Shown here piece after piece: positions 26,503-41,229 of a DNA stretch of 64,000 nt. Numbering within the stretch: the stretch's first letter is position 1; every line of letters begins with the position of its first letter. The stretch covers positions 46,500,001 through 46,564,000 of the forward strand of contig OX597817.1 of NCBI GenBank assembly GCA_951406725.2, written 5' to 3'. The position numbers and the translations under genes are program-made. Below the pieces are notes generated by a model. That model saw only the letters and a list, made by a program, of their open reading frames with translations, ran no database searches and had not been told where the DNA came from. The stretch is from Octopus vulgaris. Taxonomy: Eukaryota.

Positions 26503-26910
26503 AGGCGTAGGAGTGGCTGTGTGGTAAGAAGCTTGCTTACGAACCACATGGTTCTGGGTCCAGTCCAACTGCGTGGCACCGTGGGCAAGTGTCTTCTATG
26601 GCCTCGGGCCGACCAAAGCCTTGTGAGTGGATTTGGTAGACGGAAACTGAAAGAAGCCCGTCGTATTTATGTATATATATCTATATATATGTATGTGTGT
26701 GTATACGTTTGTGTGTCTGTGTTTGTCCCCCCAACATCGCTTGACAACCGTTGCTGGTGTGTTCACGTCCTTGTAACTTAGCGGTTCGGCAAAACAGACC
26801 GATAGAATAAGTACTAGGCTAACAAAGAATAAGTCCTGGGTTCGATTTGCTCGACTAAAGGCGGTGCTCCAGCATGACCGCAGTCAAATGACTGAAACAA
26901 TTAAAAGAAT
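26503..26910 (+). mobile_element. tRNA-derived SINE family B, full length
   Basis: GGCGTAGGAGTGGCTGTGTGGTAAG head, internal (TA/TG)n, tail GGCGGTGCTCCAGCATG(A/G)CCGCAGTCAAATGACTGAAAC. Confidence 0.92.
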
Positions 26911-27629
26911 AGATGTTACATCTCGCCATGGCATCCTACCATGAATTTATTGTGTTACATACAGATTTCGACCATTATTTTTTCTTCTCTAGGCACAACT
27001 CCGAATTTTGGGGGGAGGGATACTTAATTTATCGACCCCGAAAAGATAAAAGGCAAAGTTCTTCTCTCGTTCAATTAAAACTGACATAGACCATGAAAAA
27101 CGATACACTTTCAATTAGGTATTTAGAAGAGGTAAATGAACGTTCATTAAGTCGTAGGCTCAATTCACAAGGTATTCATCTTTATACAGAATACAATTGA
27201 TTGAAACATTTGTTCAAAACAGATCACTTAAGAAAACTAGTTGCCGTTACATAAAATTATGCAAATTTTACCCAGCAATGTAATATAGTAGCCTATGATA
27301 TTTCACAATGAAGCATTGGTTAGAAAACAAGGCTGGCAAGAAACAAAGTTTTGGCTTATTTTTCAGGAATGTAGGGTGGAATGTTGCAACGAAATTACGG
27401 AAGTTATGAAACCGAAGCCAACATCGTTAATGTTTGAATTCAGTGTACTCGGAGTTAGAAAACTAAATGCGTTAAAGCATTTAGTCGGGTGTTATCATGT
27501 TTCCACCACTTTCAGATTTCATAAAATCCTAGATAAGTTTCAAGAATTCATAGCAAAGACTAAATTGAAACGTCTGTTAACACAACGTGATCGATAATTT
27601 TCAATGCAGTATTCAAATACTTTTTAATA

Positions 27630-27968
27630 TCGGAGACCCCTTTCGGTCATGACTGACCATGGGATTGCAACTAGAAAGTTACCCTCCGAAGCACAAGTCC
27701 GGGCAAGGCTGCTTATGGAAGACCAGCAGTCGACAATGCATACCAGCCACCCCTCTCCACACCACCAATGTTATCCAAGGGAAAGGCGAAGACCGATACA
27801 GCTTGGCACCTGTGACATCGCAACTCATTTCTACAGCTGGTTAAACTGGAGCAACGTGAAATAAAGTGTCTTGCTCAAGAACACAACACGCAGCCCGGTC
27901 CGTGATTCGAACGCACAACCTCACGGTCGTCAATTCGACGCTCTAACCACTGAGCTATGCGCCTTCAC
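27630..27968 (-). mobile_element. tRNA-derived SINE (family C/D type)
   Basis: Minus-strand head GTGAAGGCGCATAGCTCAGTGGTTAGAGCG..GTTCGAATC; matches 43695-43970. Confidence 0.85.
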
Positions 27969-29199
27969 AAATACTTTTTAATATAAGTGAAAATTTGTAC
28001 GTGGCGTGTTGGTAGAAACGTTAGAGCGTCGGAAAATACTCTGAAGTATTTCTTCCGACTCGCTATGTCTTGAGTTCAAATCAAATTTGCCTTTCATTTC
28101 TTCAGGTGGTTCGATAACGTAGAGTTCCAGCGAAATACTTGAACAACGGTGTCGTCAAAAACCTCCTCTCTATCAATATTGGTGAACTTTTACCGAAATC
28201 TGAAGCCATAAAAAGAAATTTGTAAAACTCTCAGATAACTACATTTAGTTAGATAGACATGTATGAGCGTGCACTTGATCCTGCTTCATATGGTCAAAAA
28301 GTTTACACTGAGATAAAGAGAATTTCACGAGTCACTGAAACATATATGGCTTAACACTGGTCACAGAATGACAAATTAAGGAAAGGGAAAAGTTCTTAGT
28401 TGAATCCAGCTTCAAGCAAGGATATAAAATCTGACAACAGATTATGGAATCTGACGATGGAATAAACAATATATTTCTAATATTTATCGGAAAATGTTTC
28501 ATACGAAATGTAAATACTACGAACTGTTTCAGAAACAGCGTATAAGAAGTCAGATACCGTTTTATGGCAGAAATTCCTTGTAACAAAAACCAATAAGATA
28601 TATTACAAAACCGGCGAACAAGTATAACGCCATTACGATGTAATTTCAAAAAAACAATATCATGTCCACTTAATGGTTAATGATGTACAAAGCGGTTATA
28701 TTTTGGACCAAAATGCTGTCTGAGAATGGAATCGAGAAAAAATTGCATAAGTTTTCCCAAAATATTTTTAAGAGCAGCCACAAATATATGTATTTAATTC
28801 TGAAAGAAACAGCGCGTACGTTCTTCTGATTGTTCCATACAGGGTTTGTTTGAAAACGTAGCGAAACTCATTTGAGAGTAGGAACGTTTTCCTACTAGAA
28901 TTTCTCCTTACTCGCTATTTTCTGAGTTCAAATCCATCCGAGCTCAGCTTTGCCTTCATTCCTCTGAGATCTTAAAACGAAGTAGCAGTCAAGAACTGAT
29001 CCCTCCTATCAAAACGATTGCTGGCCTTATGCCTGCCACGTAACTCACTACATCAGCAAACCATTTTGTCTTCAAACCCACCACAAATTACTTTAACCGA
29101 TCGAACACATGCTACCACTGTCTGACAAGCAATTACATATATATATATATGCATATGTATATATATGCATATATATATATGAGTGTGTGTGTACGTGTG

Positions 29200-29580
29200 T
29201 GTGGCTGTGTGGTAAGTAGCTTGATCACCGACCACATGGCTCTGGGTTCAGTCCCACTGTGTGGCATCTTGGGTGAGTGTCTTCCACTATAGCCTCGGGC
29301 CCACCAAAGTCTTGTGAGTGGATATGGTAGACGGAAACTGAAAGAAGCCCGTCGTGTATATGTATGTGTGTGTATATGTTTGTGTGTCTGTGTTTGTGCC
29401 CCAACATCGCTTGACAACCGATGTTGGTGTGTTTACGTCCCCGTAACTTAGCGGTTCGGCAAACGCGAACGATAGAATAAGTACTAGGCTTACAAAGAAT
29501 AGGTCCTGGGGTCGATTTGTGCGGTGCTCCAGTATGGCCGCAGTCAAATGACTGAAACAAGTAAAAGAGTAAAAAGAGAG
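29200..29580 (+). mobile_element. SINE family B
   Basis: Matches the 26503 copy. Confidence 0.9.
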
Positions 29581-29597
29581 TATATATATATATATAT

Positions 29598-29777
29598 ACT
29601 GGGGAGTTCACGAAAAAAAAACAAAAGACGAAGAGAGGTGGTGTACAAAACAAACAGATGTATTAGAATAACGCTGAGAAATAGATAAAGTCTTTTACGT
29701 TTCGAGCCCTACGCTCTTCTACAGAAAGGGACACAAAGTAAAAAAACAAGGAGAGAAAAAAATATGTGTAGTGGCTA

Positions 29778-29780
<3 letters not shown>
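29598..29780 (-). mobile_element. (TA)n-anchored small element with a variant HHR-like motif (29690-29730)
   Basis: Minus strand CTTT-CTGTAGA-AGAGC GTAGG GCTC-GAAA-C-GTA-AAAG; second, more decayed copy at 57700-57895 (+). Confidence 0.55.
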
Positions 29781-29808
<28 letters not shown>

Positions 29809-30566
29809 CATGTATTAGTATATATATAGACAGATAGACTTGCGTGTGTATATGCATACAAACACACAGATGCATATCGAAGCTCATTTAGACACCCAAC
29901 ACATGTGTCTATGCGTTATGTGTGTCTCTGAATATAAGGATATGTATGTGCCCACGCGCGTGTAATTAGAGAACAATGAAACTATAGACTAAAAATGTAT
30001 TTCAAGATTCGGGTTAATATAAAAACATCAAAATAAACCAACCTGAGGTTATTCTGTCAAGCGTCAAAAGAGAAATGACATTTTCGTTCTCAATGTATTC
30101 CCAAAGTCCGTCTTCTGTTTGTTTCCCTGTCATCATATTCAATCTGTATTGATATTATATAAATTTCGATTTTTTTTAAGCAGACTAAAACTGCACAAAT
30201 GAGCTGTGCGTATGTGACCGCGCACGTTAGCAAACATAGAAACATAGAAAAGATAGATAGATAGATAAATTTATACACACATACATACGTGTATACATAC
30301 ATATTTACATATAATCACACACGTATGTGAATGTGTGTGGGTGTGTGTGTGTGTGTGTATGTGTGTGGGTGTGTGTATGCATGTATGTATATTAGAAGCA
30401 GAGAAGATATTAGAAAAATATGTAGCGTCACTTTAGAAACTTTCATTTATAATTTATAATTGAGTGTAGTTATATTAAATAGGTAAAGTCTCTTGTAGTT
30501 GTTTCTAGAAGAGCTAGACATGAGGATTATGACTTATGGAGCAAAATTACATTGTGCGTGTGTATG

Positions 30567-30611
<45 letters not shown>

Positions 30612-30631
30612 TTGTATGTATATATATATAC

Positions 30632-30686
<55 letters not shown>

Positions 30687-31029
30687 TACATACATACATA
30701 TACATATATACATACACACAGACATATATATATATGCATAAATATACATATATACAAACATATACATACATAATATATATACACACATATATATATACAT
30801 AAATATGTATGTAAATATATACATACATATACGTATATATATACACATATATCTATACATATACATGCATGTATATATATACACAAACATACATGTGTAT
30901 ATACATACATACAAGTATATATATGTGTGTGTATGTATTATGTATGTATGTATGTATGTATGTATGTATGTGTGTGTGTATGTATGTATGTATGTATGTA
31001 TGTACGTATACTACAGGGTTTCTGGATAA

Positions 31030-31400
31030 GAAACCCACTTTATGTATGTGGTTTCGGGTTCAGCTCCAGTGCATGGTACCTTGGGCAAATGCGTTCTACT
31101 ATTGCTTTGTGTTTGCCAATACCTCGTGAGTGAATTTACTGGACGGAAACTGCATGGAAGCCTCTCGTGTATATGTGTATTTGTGTTTGTGTGTGAGTGT
31201 ACACCTATATGTGTCTGTGTGCGTATAACGCGCATTCTAGACCACCTACTCAACGACCGGTATCGGTATGTTTATGTCCCCGTAACATTAGCGGATCAGG
31301 AACAGAGAGTAAGAGAGAATAAGAAAACAACAAGATCGAACTTTCTGACTAAACCACTTAACGGCAATGCCCGATAGCTGCAGTTCAGTGATTGAATCAA
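31030..31400 (+). mobile_element. Decayed SINE family B
   Basis: GGTACCTTGGGCAAATG..GACGGAAACTG..TCCCCGTAAC. Confidence 0.75.
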
Positions 31401-31439
31401 GTATACAACAAAAAAGATTGATCAATAGATTAGTGGGGA

Positions 31440-31870
<431 letters not shown>

Positions 31871-33264
31871 TATCGGAAATCTATTCTCTAAAGATAAGGT
31901 TAATAACTGGAAGTGTTATTATCTTATCAAAAATTAAAATGTTGATAAGTGATAGTTATATAGCTGAAATACTTACATGCTAAGCTCCATTACACCTAAT
32001 ATTGATGCAAATCATAGATATTTGTTAAGTTATCATCAGAGATACAACTAAATTACATGATTAGTGGCGTTGCAACACATATATCGAAATGTTCATAAAT
32101 CAAGTGACGTTTGAAAAATAAATCTCCATGATAACAAAACTATCAATGTTTCATAAGCGACATTATTATTTATTCCCGTAGAGCAGAAATAATGTTTAAC
32201 GGTAGCGTTGTTTTAAGTCATAACGATCCGCTATTTCCTTCATCTAACCTGAGTTCTCTTTGCAGCTAATAATTAAACGCAAGAACATATGTTTAATAGC
32301 AGAGAAATTGATTAAATCTTTTGATAATGTATCCATTCTTATGTAAAACAAATCGTTTAGACTTCTAAAGGGCGAACACAATTTCTGCTAGAAGATAACT
32401 ATCATAAAAGCTCGAGCGGCAATCAATACAAATAAATAGATTTTAATCACATAACAGAGAAAATGACTAAAAACTTATCAAATTGACATTGATCAATAAC
32501 GTCTTTATTTTTCGACATTAATCAGAAGGCACTTAGTATTTTTTTTATAATTATTAGGCAATTTAAAAGACTGCAAACAATTAAAAGTTTATGAGATACT
32601 GAAAATGTATGTATTCATTATTTAATCACTGAATGCTATTTTATTAAATAAACAAACAGTAATTTTCTGTTCTTTTCGTGTTTTTGTTGCTGGTGAATTA
32701 ATCAAACCCCGTTTTGTTAAGTGATTGTCTAAAGCTATTTATTAACAATTTGAAAATTGAGAAACAACTTGATGCTTAATTGTATACAGGTAGTGAAAGA
32801 ATCATTGTTGTTGCGTGATGAATACAAATTATTAACTTAGGTTATAGTATGAATTCAATATAACCTCCCCACTTAGCAATTTAAAGCCATTCTCACAAAT
32901 GTCTATCTCCCCTGTAGCTACGGTACTGGTGATTTAGGTTTGACTAAATGGTGGGTATTTTCAAGTTGTAATTACATAGAAACTTAGACCACTTGAGGTC
33001 CAATTCGATACCGATATAAGAACGACTTACTGTACTTATCTATCATTCTTATATCGCTGCTTTAGTGTAGTAGCACACTCCTGAAAAGCCATTCTTAATA
33101 TACAGTTGCTATTCTAGATTGCTTTTATAACACTTAAAAGCAGAGCTTCTCGTTTCTTTCATTCCGATCGAGATATTTGAATACTTCTACTCAAAGCGTC
33201 TCCGCATTTCTTGTTTTCAGCAACGTAACAATACTTATTTTTATGTCGCCAATGTTGGTAGCTT

Positions 33265-33475
33265 ACTGTTTAGAATATTCAGCCCACGATCGTAAGGCTG
33301 TGAATTCTATTCCCGGCGGCGCAAGACACTTTATGCCACGTTGCTCCACTCCACTCAGCTGGCAAAAAATTAGCCGTACCAGTCCGTCAATGAGCCAGCA
33401 TTGTCAATTTCTATGCGCCGCTGAATCTCACTACGGACCACGTTAAAGATACGCATGTCTGTGGAGTGCTCAGAA
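33265..33475 (+). mobile_element. Decayed SINE (C/D type)
   Basis: CACGATCGTAAGG..CACTCAGCTGGCAAAAA..GTCTGTGGAGTGCTCAG. Confidence 0.7.
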
Positions 33476-33977
33476 ATCAGTGTTAATTGAGGTGTTAATG
33501 TTGTGTATGAAATAAATCTCACTAACCTCAAACCTTAGCACTGTTTCATTTCCTCTATGAATGTTAATGTTTCGACACTTCGCTACATTGATGTCCTGTG
33601 AGAGAACTTTTGTTTAATATTCTGTATATCATGTGTGGTGTATCAGAGTTTCGCTCTTCAAGTTTTCTTAATTCTCAATAATCTATTGAGACGCTGTGCA
33701 CGCTCAAGGATTAAGAAACTCAAATGAACTAAAAATTGTCCAACTTCAAGGCATGATCGTTATCTACTCCATCTCCCCTCTTTATCTCTCTTTCCTCATC
33801 TGTCTGTCTGTCTGTCTCTCTCTCTCTCCATATACTCAAATGCATACACACGTGTACATACATGCATATATATAAATGTACATATATATTAACTACAAAC
33901 ATACACAAAAACACACACAAAATATATATATGTATATATATACACCTACACACACATATAAATACACACACATATAA

Positions 33978-34041
<64 letters not shown>

Positions 34042-34086
34042 ACGTATATCTGCAAATGTAATATGTGACAATTATTCGGTAGCCAT

Positions 34087-34147
34087 GATAAAACTCCGAG
34101 TTTCGGATGCCAAGGTGGAAATCTACGCCGCTATCTCTTCAGATATC
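34087..34147 (-). ncRNA. Type-I hammerhead motif, GUU site
   Basis: Minus strand GATAT-CTGAAGA-GAT..ATCC-GAAA-CTCGGA-GTT-TTATC; palindromic AACTC-G-GAGTT stem III. Confidence 0.65.
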
Positions 34148-34984
34148 CGGCCATCGGAAAAATGCTATGAAAAGTGACCGTTATACAAAGGGAAATTACT
34201 GTGTGGTTGACCGTTATTAAGACAAAAGAGCTATTAGAATGACCGCTAAGTGAGGGGAGGGAGTAACAGTAAGGGTGTAAATGGTTCATAGTATTCGCGT
34301 AAGCGCGCATGTTAATACCTACACATGCGGCCCGCATACCCACGTGCGTGCGCCTAAAATTATACATTCATCCACCCTCACTTGAAAACGTACATATCCT
34401 CACTCGCACCATTTGCCAAATGTATATGTATATGCATACAAACCCACATACACACACGCGCACCATAAAGGTTCGTACACACGTCTATACACCCATAAGC
34501 ACAAGAAAAAATAGGGCTATGGGTAACAATACAGAAAAAGGTTTAAGGGAGTATACATGTCTATGTGCATGTATAGACGTGTATACTCCCTTATACCTTC
34601 CAGTCTATCGCGTGTGGTGGGTGAATCTTCAAGTTGCCACACGCATTTTTATTAGCTTATAGTACGCTCGAATTAGAGATTATTCTTTGTGGCTAATGGC
34701 GTGAGTCCTGATTAGAAGAAGAAGACAGCACCCGTTGCAGCTTTCACTGATGAAACTCTTTTCACTCTAATGAAAGCGTTTTTACCATTTTAAGTGGTAT
34801 GTCGCTGGGGGTTAAATTTTTTATGAATTATTTCTCTTTTATTAGAAGATATGGAACAATTTGCGACAAAATTTTCCTTCTATTTTGCATAAGTTCAATG
34901 ACCGCTAATTTGCAAAACTTCAATTACATCTCTTTTATTGGTTCGCCGCTTTGATCTTAAATTGAATAACAATTTACTCCCTTA

Positions 34985-35365
34985 CATGTTTCAGTCATTT
35001 GACTGTGGCTATGCTGGAGCACCGCTTTTAATCGAGCACATCGACCCCAGGACTTAATCTTTGTAAGTCTAGTACTTATTCTATCGGCCGCTTTTGCCGA
35101 ACCGCTAAGTTACGGGAACGTAAACACACCAGCATCGGTCGTCAAGCGATGTTGGAGGGACAAATACAGACACACAAACACACACACATATATACATATA
35201 CATATATACGACGGGCTTCTTTCAGTTTCCGTCTATCAAATCCACTCACAAGGCTTTGGTCGGGCCGAGGCTATAGAAGAAGACCATTCCCCAAGGTGCC
35301 ACGCAGTGGGAATGAACCCGGAACCATGTGGTTGGTAAGCAAGATACTTACCACACAGCCACTCC
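34985..35365 (-). mobile_element. SINE family B
   Basis: Reverse complement of the 26503 copy. Confidence 0.9.
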
Positions 35366-35561
35366 TGATAAGCAATTATTGGATTGTGTGGGTCAAATAT
35401 CCGTTGGCATTTCATTGAGGGTATAGAATGGGCATCTTTTATATTTTATTTCAGGCATTATCTGCGGATATGCTGGGGCACCGCCTTGAAGAATTTGTTG
35501 TCGGATGATTCGACCCTAGTATTTGCCCTTCCTTTTGTCAAGCTTGTTAATTATTCTTTCG

Positions 35562-35862
35562 GTGGAGGCACATAGTCTAGGGGTCAGAGCAGCGGAATTC
35601 GTGGTCGAGGGATCGCGAGTTCGAATCTCAGACCGGGTGATATGTGTGTTTAAGAGCGAAACAACTAAGCTCCACGCGGCTCTGGCAGAAAGTAATGGCG
35701 AACTTCTGCTGACTCTTTCGCCACAGCTTTCTCTCACTCTTTCCTCCTGCGTCTTGCAGCTCACCTGCGACTGACCGACAGTCCCGTTCAGGTGGGAAAC
35801 ATATACGCCAATGAAACCGGGAAACCGGCCTATGAGCTAGGCATAGCTTGAGAAGGAACAAA
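35562..35862 (+). mobile_element. SINE family C
   Basis: GTGGAGGCACATAGTCTAGGGGTCAGAGC..GTTCGAATC head. Confidence 0.85.
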
Positions 35863-36129
35863 CATAGGATATAATAAATTTTTTTTACCTTACTGATCAC
35901 CGACGATTTTCATAAATTTTCATCTAATTCTTCAACTCTATCCCCCTTGCTTCGAGACCAGAAATATTGAGAACCGATTTCTTAAGTTTATAGGTTTGAT
36001 ATTCATAATCGAAAAGTTGATACTCTAAATGAACCACCAAAATGAGGATTAGGTTTCTATACCGTATCCAGCTTAGTATATGTAAAGGAACTGCACGTAG
36101 CAGTTGTCAGTGAAAACTATGGAAAATTA

Positions 36130-37105
36130 GCAGGCGCAGGCGTGGTTGTGCGGTGCGAAAATTGCTTAGAAACTACATGATTGCGAGTTCAGTACCACTG
36201 CGTGCCGCTTTGGGCAAATGCCTTCTGTTTTGCCCTCGGGCCGATCAAAGCTTTGTGAGTATAAACTGAAAGGAACCTATCGTATATACAAGGGTTGGAC
36301 AAAATAATGGAAACACAAAGCATCATAGTAATTTTAAAATATCTATAAAGCCATCAAAAACTTCTTTATTTTTATGGTTTTTGATTTATTGGATGGAAGC
36401 ACTCCGTCGGTTACGACGACGAGGGTTCCGGTTGACCCGAATCAACGGAACAGCCAGCTCGTGAAATTAACGTGTAAGTGGCTGATCACTTCACAGACAC
36501 GTGCACCCTTAACGTAGATCTCGGGGATATTCAGCGTGACACAGAGAGTGACAAGGCCGGCCCTTTGAAATACAGGTACAACAGAAACAGGAAGTAAGAG
36601 TGAGAGAAAGTTGTGGTGAAATAGTACAGCAGGGATCACCACCATCCCCTGCCGGAGCCTCGTGGAGCTTTTAGGTGTTTTCGCTCAATAAACACTCACA
36701 ACGCCCGGTCTGGGAATCGAAACCGCGATCCTATGACCGCGAGTCCGCTGCCCTAACCACTGGGCCATTGCGCCTCCACTTTTGATTTATTATTAGTGTT
36801 GCGGAATATGTATTGCTAAAATTGCTGTTTCTTTTCAGATATCATCACAAAAAGGTAATTTTTGTGTGTGTTTTGTGCGTGTTTGAGTTGCGTCTGTGTT
36901 TGTCCCCCACCATTTGAGAGCCGGTGCTGTTGAGTTATGCCCCCGACTCGGCAAAAGAGACAAATAAAATAAATACCAGGCTTTAAAATGTTTTAAAAAT
37001 AAGTCCTGAGGTTGATTTATTTGAATAAACATTTTTCAAGGAGTTGCCCCAGCATGGCCACAGTCAAATGAAGGAGACAAGTAGAAGATAAAGATAAGAT
37101 AAAAA
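36130..37105 (+). mobile_element. Nested cluster: SINE B interrupted by a Tc1 end fragment (36288-36848), itself interrupted by SINE C
   Basis: GGGTTGGACAAAATAATGGAAACAC matches the TIR of 51857-53088; SINE B halves on either side. Confidence 0.8.
36391..36779 (-). mobile_element. Young SINE family C with target-site duplication
   Basis: Minus head GTGGAGGCGCAATGGCCCAGTGGTTAGGGC..GTTTCGATTCCC; TTTTGATTTATT on both sides. Confidence 0.92.
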
Positions 37106-37299
37106 GAATTTTGTTGAGGCCTTTAAAAATAGGATTCAAGGAGGAGACTAATTGTCTGTGTCAGATAAAAGCGTTTCAATAGCGTCAGCTAAAAAGATAA
37201 TGTCAGTTGATAATAATTGGTCGTATCTTCAAGCAGAGATTTGTCTCCAGAAGGCAGCGCGTTGCTCTCTCATTTATTAGCGCGTAGTGAAAGAAAATT

Positions 37300-38049
37300 C
37301 GTTGGTTAATGGTTAGGATATTCGGCTTACGATTGTAAGGCCATGAGTTCGATTCCAGTCGGTGCGTTGTGCCCTCTAACAATATATATTATATCACGTT
37401 ACTCTAATCCACACGGCTAGAAAAAGATGAGTTGTACCTGAATTTCAATTGACGGTCTTGTCCCACTTTGTATCGTGCCGAATCTCCGTGGAAACTATGT
37501 CTAAGTAATACGTGTCTGTGGTACACTCAGCCATTTGCACGTTAATTTAACTTGCAGGCTGTTCCGTTGATCGGATAAACTGGAACCCTCCTCGTCGTTG
37601 TAACAAACGGAGGGCCACTTTAGAATGTAGTATTTGTTTCCTTATTGCCCACAAGAGCTAAACATAGAGGGGACAAACAAGGCCAGACAAACGAATTAAG
37701 TCGATTAGATCGACCGCAGTGCGCAACTGGTACTTAATTTATCGACCCCAAAAGGATGAAAGGCAAAGTCGACCTCGGTGGAATTTGAACTCACAACGTA
37801 ACGGCAGACGAAATACCTATTTCTTTACTACCTGAAAGGGACTAAACACAGAGAGGACAAACAAGGACAGACAAACGAATTAAGTCGATTACATCGACCT
37901 CAGTGCATAACTGGTACTTAATTTATCGACCCCGAAAGGATGAAAGGCAAAGTCGACCTCGGCGGAATTTGAACTCAGAACGTAACGGCAGACAAAATAC
38001 GGCTACGCATTTCGACCGGCGTGCTAACGGTTCTGCCTGCTCGCCGCCT
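37300..38049. mobile_element. Decayed SINE C/D (+, 37300-37620) followed by SINE A with ~180-bp internal duplication (-, 37630-38049)
   Basis: Family motifs read directly. Confidence 0.85.
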
Positions 38050-38906
38050 TTTTAGAGTGTAGTATTGATTCCACCATTCCCCTACGGGTACGGATAGGAT
38101 AAACAACGACAAGCCGTTGCAGTTTATTCTACGTCCACAATTTCGTCAAATCAATAGGATCAACACGGGTTCAATTTCAACCGTTCCATCTTGTTATAAC
38201 ATAAAATCGCAAAAGAGGGGAAAAATAATAATATTGAAACTGCAAAAGCAGAATTCACGAAAATAAAACAACCGATAAAAAAACCCCTCAAGTATTGTAT
38301 CTGCGTTTATACTTAAGAGTTTCCTCTTTTCCAGCATTATAACACTATATTTGTGTAGATGATCGAGTTGAGTTTGAAGTTTTAATGTCGAGAAACAATT
38401 ATGGAAACACTTATCGTTGTTACTATCAATTTCAAACAATCTTTCAATTCTTTTCTTTCCTTATTTTTTATAGTGTATGTTAAATCACGTTCTTATGATA
38501 AAAGAGCTGTCGGTAAATATTGCCTTTTCTGTCGACAATTTGGCTGAGTTCCTTCCGCAGCGCAGCTTCTTTCGCTGAGTCATCTATTTACTATCACACT
38601 GGCAATGTGGCTTTGTTTTCTGGGGTGTTTTTTTCCTATTTTTTGTTTTGGTTTTTTGTTTTATTTTGTCACAAACGCTTAAGACATTATTTCGTGCTTT
38701 TACTACTTGCATGCACACACACACAAACATACATACATAGATACAAAAATGTGTTACGTGTGTATGAATGCGCTTGCATGTATATATATATGTATAAATG
38801 TGTGTGTGAGTATTTGTGTTTATTTGATTGCAGATTTGGAATATAATTTACAGTGCTGCCTCCAATTTCATTTTGTTTTTTCATCTGCATTTCAACTGGG
38901 AATTGC

Positions 38907-38951
<45 letters not shown>

Positions 38952-38970
38952 TACATACATATATACATAC

Positions 38971-39004
<34 letters not shown>

Positions 39005-39190
39005 TGAATCTATATGTACGTAGATGTGTATACATGTCTTCATATACAAATTATATGTATATATATATGTATATATACACACACACACAGATAAAGACAG
39101 TGAGACGTATTACTGTCTATATATGCAAATAGATACAGACATATATACATATATATAAATGTGTGTGTATGTATATGTTGTTTGTGTGTG

Positions 39191-39235
<45 letters not shown>

Positions 39236-39696
39236 ATATATATGAATACGCAGTACACTAGATAAATGTTCCTATTATCTATTATCTGTTTATACAACAT
39301 TTATTCGTACCATTCTCCTGTCACAGCGCAGCCTTGTTTATAAAATCTTTACATTTATTTTCAAACAAACGTGGTTTATCATCGATTATACCTACAGTAA
39401 TTTCATTTTTTAACGTTCGCTTTTAGTGTTAAACTTTTGTGGAAATCTGTTAATACTATTATCCGGGCTAGCATTATACCGAATAATGAACTCAATACGA
39501 TTTGAAGCAATTACTCACAAGTAAATGCATATTGTAAGGCATTCACATGACACAGTTAGGTATAGTTTTTAATTTATTTCTGCTGTAAAATTATTTTTAG
39601 TTCTGTTTTTTTTTTTTTGTGAGTGCTTACATACTGAATGTCTGCAATGGTGTCAGTTGAACAGAAAGGGAATTAATTGAAGGTATATCATGTTTC

Positions 39697-40720
39697 GTGG
39701 AGGCACGTGGCTTAGTGGTTAGGATGTCAGCATCATGATCGTAAGATTGTGGTTTCGATTCCTGGACCGGGCGACGCGTTGTGTTCTTGAGATAAACACT
39801 TCATTTCACTTTGCTCCAATCCACTCAACTGGCAAAAATGAGTAATGCTGCGATGGACTGGCGTCCCATCCAGCTGAGAAAGACATACACCATAGAAACC
39901 AGCCCCATGAGCCTGGCTAGGCTTTAAAAGGGCGCATTTGTGGAGGCACAATGGCCCAGTGGTCAGGGCAGTGGACTCGTAGTCGGAGGATCATAGTTTC
40001 GATTCCCAGATCGGGCGTTATGTACCTTTATTGAGAGAAAATACCTAAAAGCTCCACGAGGCTCCGGCAGGGGTTGTGGCGACCCCTGTTGTACTCTTTC
40101 GCTACAACTTGTTCTCACTCTCTCTCTCTCCTTGTTTGTTGAGTAAGGCTGCGATAGACTGGCGTCCCGTTCAGCTGGAGTGAATACATAAGCCACAGAA
40201 ACCGGGAAATCGGACCCATGAGAATGGCTAGGCCTGAAAAGGGTGACGATATCGTTTTTCATGGTCCACGTCAGTTTTAACTGAACGAGAGAAGATCTAT
40301 GATCAAATGTACTCCAACTGAACTATTATATTTTAAATGATATCTCATGGCACTCCGTCGGTTGCGACGACGAGGGTTCCAATTGATCCGATCAACGGAA
40401 CAGCCTGTTCGTGAAATAAACGTGTAAGTGGCTGAGCACTCCACAGACACGTGTACCATTAGCGTAGTTCTTGGGGAGAATCAGCGTGACACAGAGTGTG
40501 ACAATGCTGGCCCTTTCAAATACAGGTACAAGAGAAACAGGAAGAAAGGGTGAGAGAAAGTTGTTGTGAAAGAGTACAGCAGCGTTCGCCACCAGTATCT
40601 GCCGGAGCTTCGTAGAGCTTTAGGTGTTTTCGCTCAATAAACACTCACAACGCCTGGTCTGGGAATCGAAACCGCGATCCTACGACCGCGAGTTCGCTGC
40701 CCTGACCACTCGGACGTTGC
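39697..40720. mobile_element. Cluster of three C/D SINEs (39697-39935 +, 39940-40245 +, 40345-40720 -)
   Basis: GTGGAGGCAC heads with A/B-box-like motifs. Confidence 0.88.
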
Positions 40721-41229
40721 TGTTAATTGTCAAAAATGTCTGAAGAGTAATGTTTTGCTTAGTACGTTCTGAGGTCAGTATCGTTTGATATATAGCATAT
40801 TCTCGATTAGCTGAGAACCGCAAAGCGGTTTTGACCTGCTTGTCAAAGTTAATTTTATCTTAATTATTGTTACACTTAACAAAATCTTGAATGCTGTTCC
40901 ATCTGATTTCGCATCTTAGTAACGATTCGGCCTTTTATTTAAAAACGAAAAGAAAAAAAAACACTTCGGGATCTTTACCTTTTGACCTACATATTTAAAA
41001 ATAATTTTTTGTAACAAAACACTTTCAAACTTCGGACGCTGGTAGAATGTGTCATATAAAACATCTTTTACTCTTTTGAGAAAAACATATTTACGAAGTA
41101 ATTTCACATCAAAGTAGTCCTATTTCAGTAATTTCAACCAATCAATGACGTGTATTCAGCTGAATAAAATTACTGCCGTTGTTTTTCAACAAGAACTTCC
41201 GGTGGTGTAAATCTGTCGTTCAAAAGGTA

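Noticed and set aside
27920-27968. tRNA-like sequences at SINE heads
   Set aside because: They continue into SINE bodies and lack complete cloverleaves, so they are not tRNA genes
34740-34777. GCTTTCA-CTGATGA..TGAAAGC
   Set aside because: Stem I-like pairing only; stem II, GAAA and stem III are missing, so at best a deleted relic
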